Part shown: positions 49,893 to 50,350 of the stretch, piece by piece
Position numbering within the stretch: the stretch's first letter is position 1
Layout: each line of letters starts with the position of its first letter
NCBI GenBank assembly: GCA_045542375.1
Contig: JAZQKW010000057.1
Location: 1 to 50,350 of the forward strand
Length of the DNA: 50,350 bases
Direction of reading: 5' to 3'
Source of the DNA: Butyrivibrio sp.
Lineage (GTDB): Bacteria > Bacillota > Clostridia > Lachnospirales > Lachnospiraceae
Notes under the pieces: generated by a model
Told to the model about the DNA's origin: nothing
Database searches by the model: none
What the model saw: the letters and a program-made list of their open reading frames with translations, nothing else
Translations under genes and position numbers: made by a program

Positions 49893-50350
49893 ATGAAAGA
49901 ACAGAGAGATAAGAAGCCTGTTGACAGACAACAATTGGAAAAGGAATACGAGACTCTCGGAATACGGGACAGATTTATTTTTTCTAAGGTAATGACTGAT
50001 AAGAATCTTTGCATTCAGGTATTACGCTGCCTTACCGGTAATGATATTGAAGATATTGGTGATATAACCGCGGAGAAATATTTTCAGATTACTAATGATG
50101 GGAAGGGCGTCAGATATGATGTATATGTGGAGGATGCGGATGATAATGCATATGATGCTGAGATGCAGAATTATACATATCAGGCCAAGAAAGAGCTTAT
50201 GTTACGAAACCGTTACTACCAGTCAATTATTGATAACCGGATGATGGAATCCGGTATGGAGTACCAGGAACTTAAAGACAGCTATGTTATATTTATCTGT
50301 ACCTTTGACCCGTTTGGAAAGGGAAGGCGACGTTATACTTTTTTCAATGT
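49893..50350 (+). CDS. Rpn family recombination-promoting nuclease/putative transposase (PD-(D/E)xK), truncated by window end
   Basis: Manual translation from ATG 49893 (GGAGGAGG RBS): DRFIFSKVM...KGVRYDVYVED...YDAEMQ...RNRYYQSIID...YVIFICTFDPFG; not in ORF track. Confidence 0.88.
   Translation, partial: MKEQRDKKPVDRQQLEKEYETLGIRDRFIFSKVMTDKNLCIQVLRCLTGNDIEDIGDITAEKYFQITNDGKGVRYDVYVEDADDNAYDAEMQNYTYQAKKELMLRNRYYQSIIDNRMMESGMEYQELKDSYVIFICTFDPFGKGRRRYTFFN

Noticed and set aside
3719-50014. Numerous short ORFs antisense to or nested in long genes (for example 3719-4378, 6152-6829, 28132-28635, 49793-50014)
   Set aside because: They overlap well-supported genes, show reverse-codon composition and lack RBSs or motifs.

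Overview
Low-GC Firmicute chromosome segment; gene content suggests Lachnospiraceae-like Clostridia (inference). From 1 to 27.7 kb it is mostly core and accessory genes: a dockerin-bearing cell-wall hydrolase next to a membrane-anchored cohesin protein, gntR-mcsA-mcsB-clpC-(hyp)-radA with no ctsR, two chemoreceptors, tRNA-Trp, tRNA-Pro, plsY, an ABC exporter, a GerA/SpoVAF protein, pepF, queH, ddh, a probable 3-alpha-HSDH and a flavin reductase-rubredoxin fusion. The standout is a tightly packed, terminator-bounded ~19.7 kb + strand operon (27785-47495). It encodes an HD-GYP protein, five secreted subunits with SipW/TasA-type N-termini, an ER-type (SipW-like) signal peptidase, a 3751-aa beta-helical surface protein, and an McrB-like AAA+ NTPase plus a DUF2357/McrC-like partner. 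The NTPase is membrane-tethered instead of carrying a DNA-recognition domain, and the partner appears to lack its nuclease domain. This suggests a restriction-system motor repurposed for export or assembly of a surface fibre/adhesin (hypothesis). The window ends with a third chemoreceptor, an XRE regulator and a truncated Rpn-family nuclease. All assignments come from motif recognition by eye; no database searches were run.
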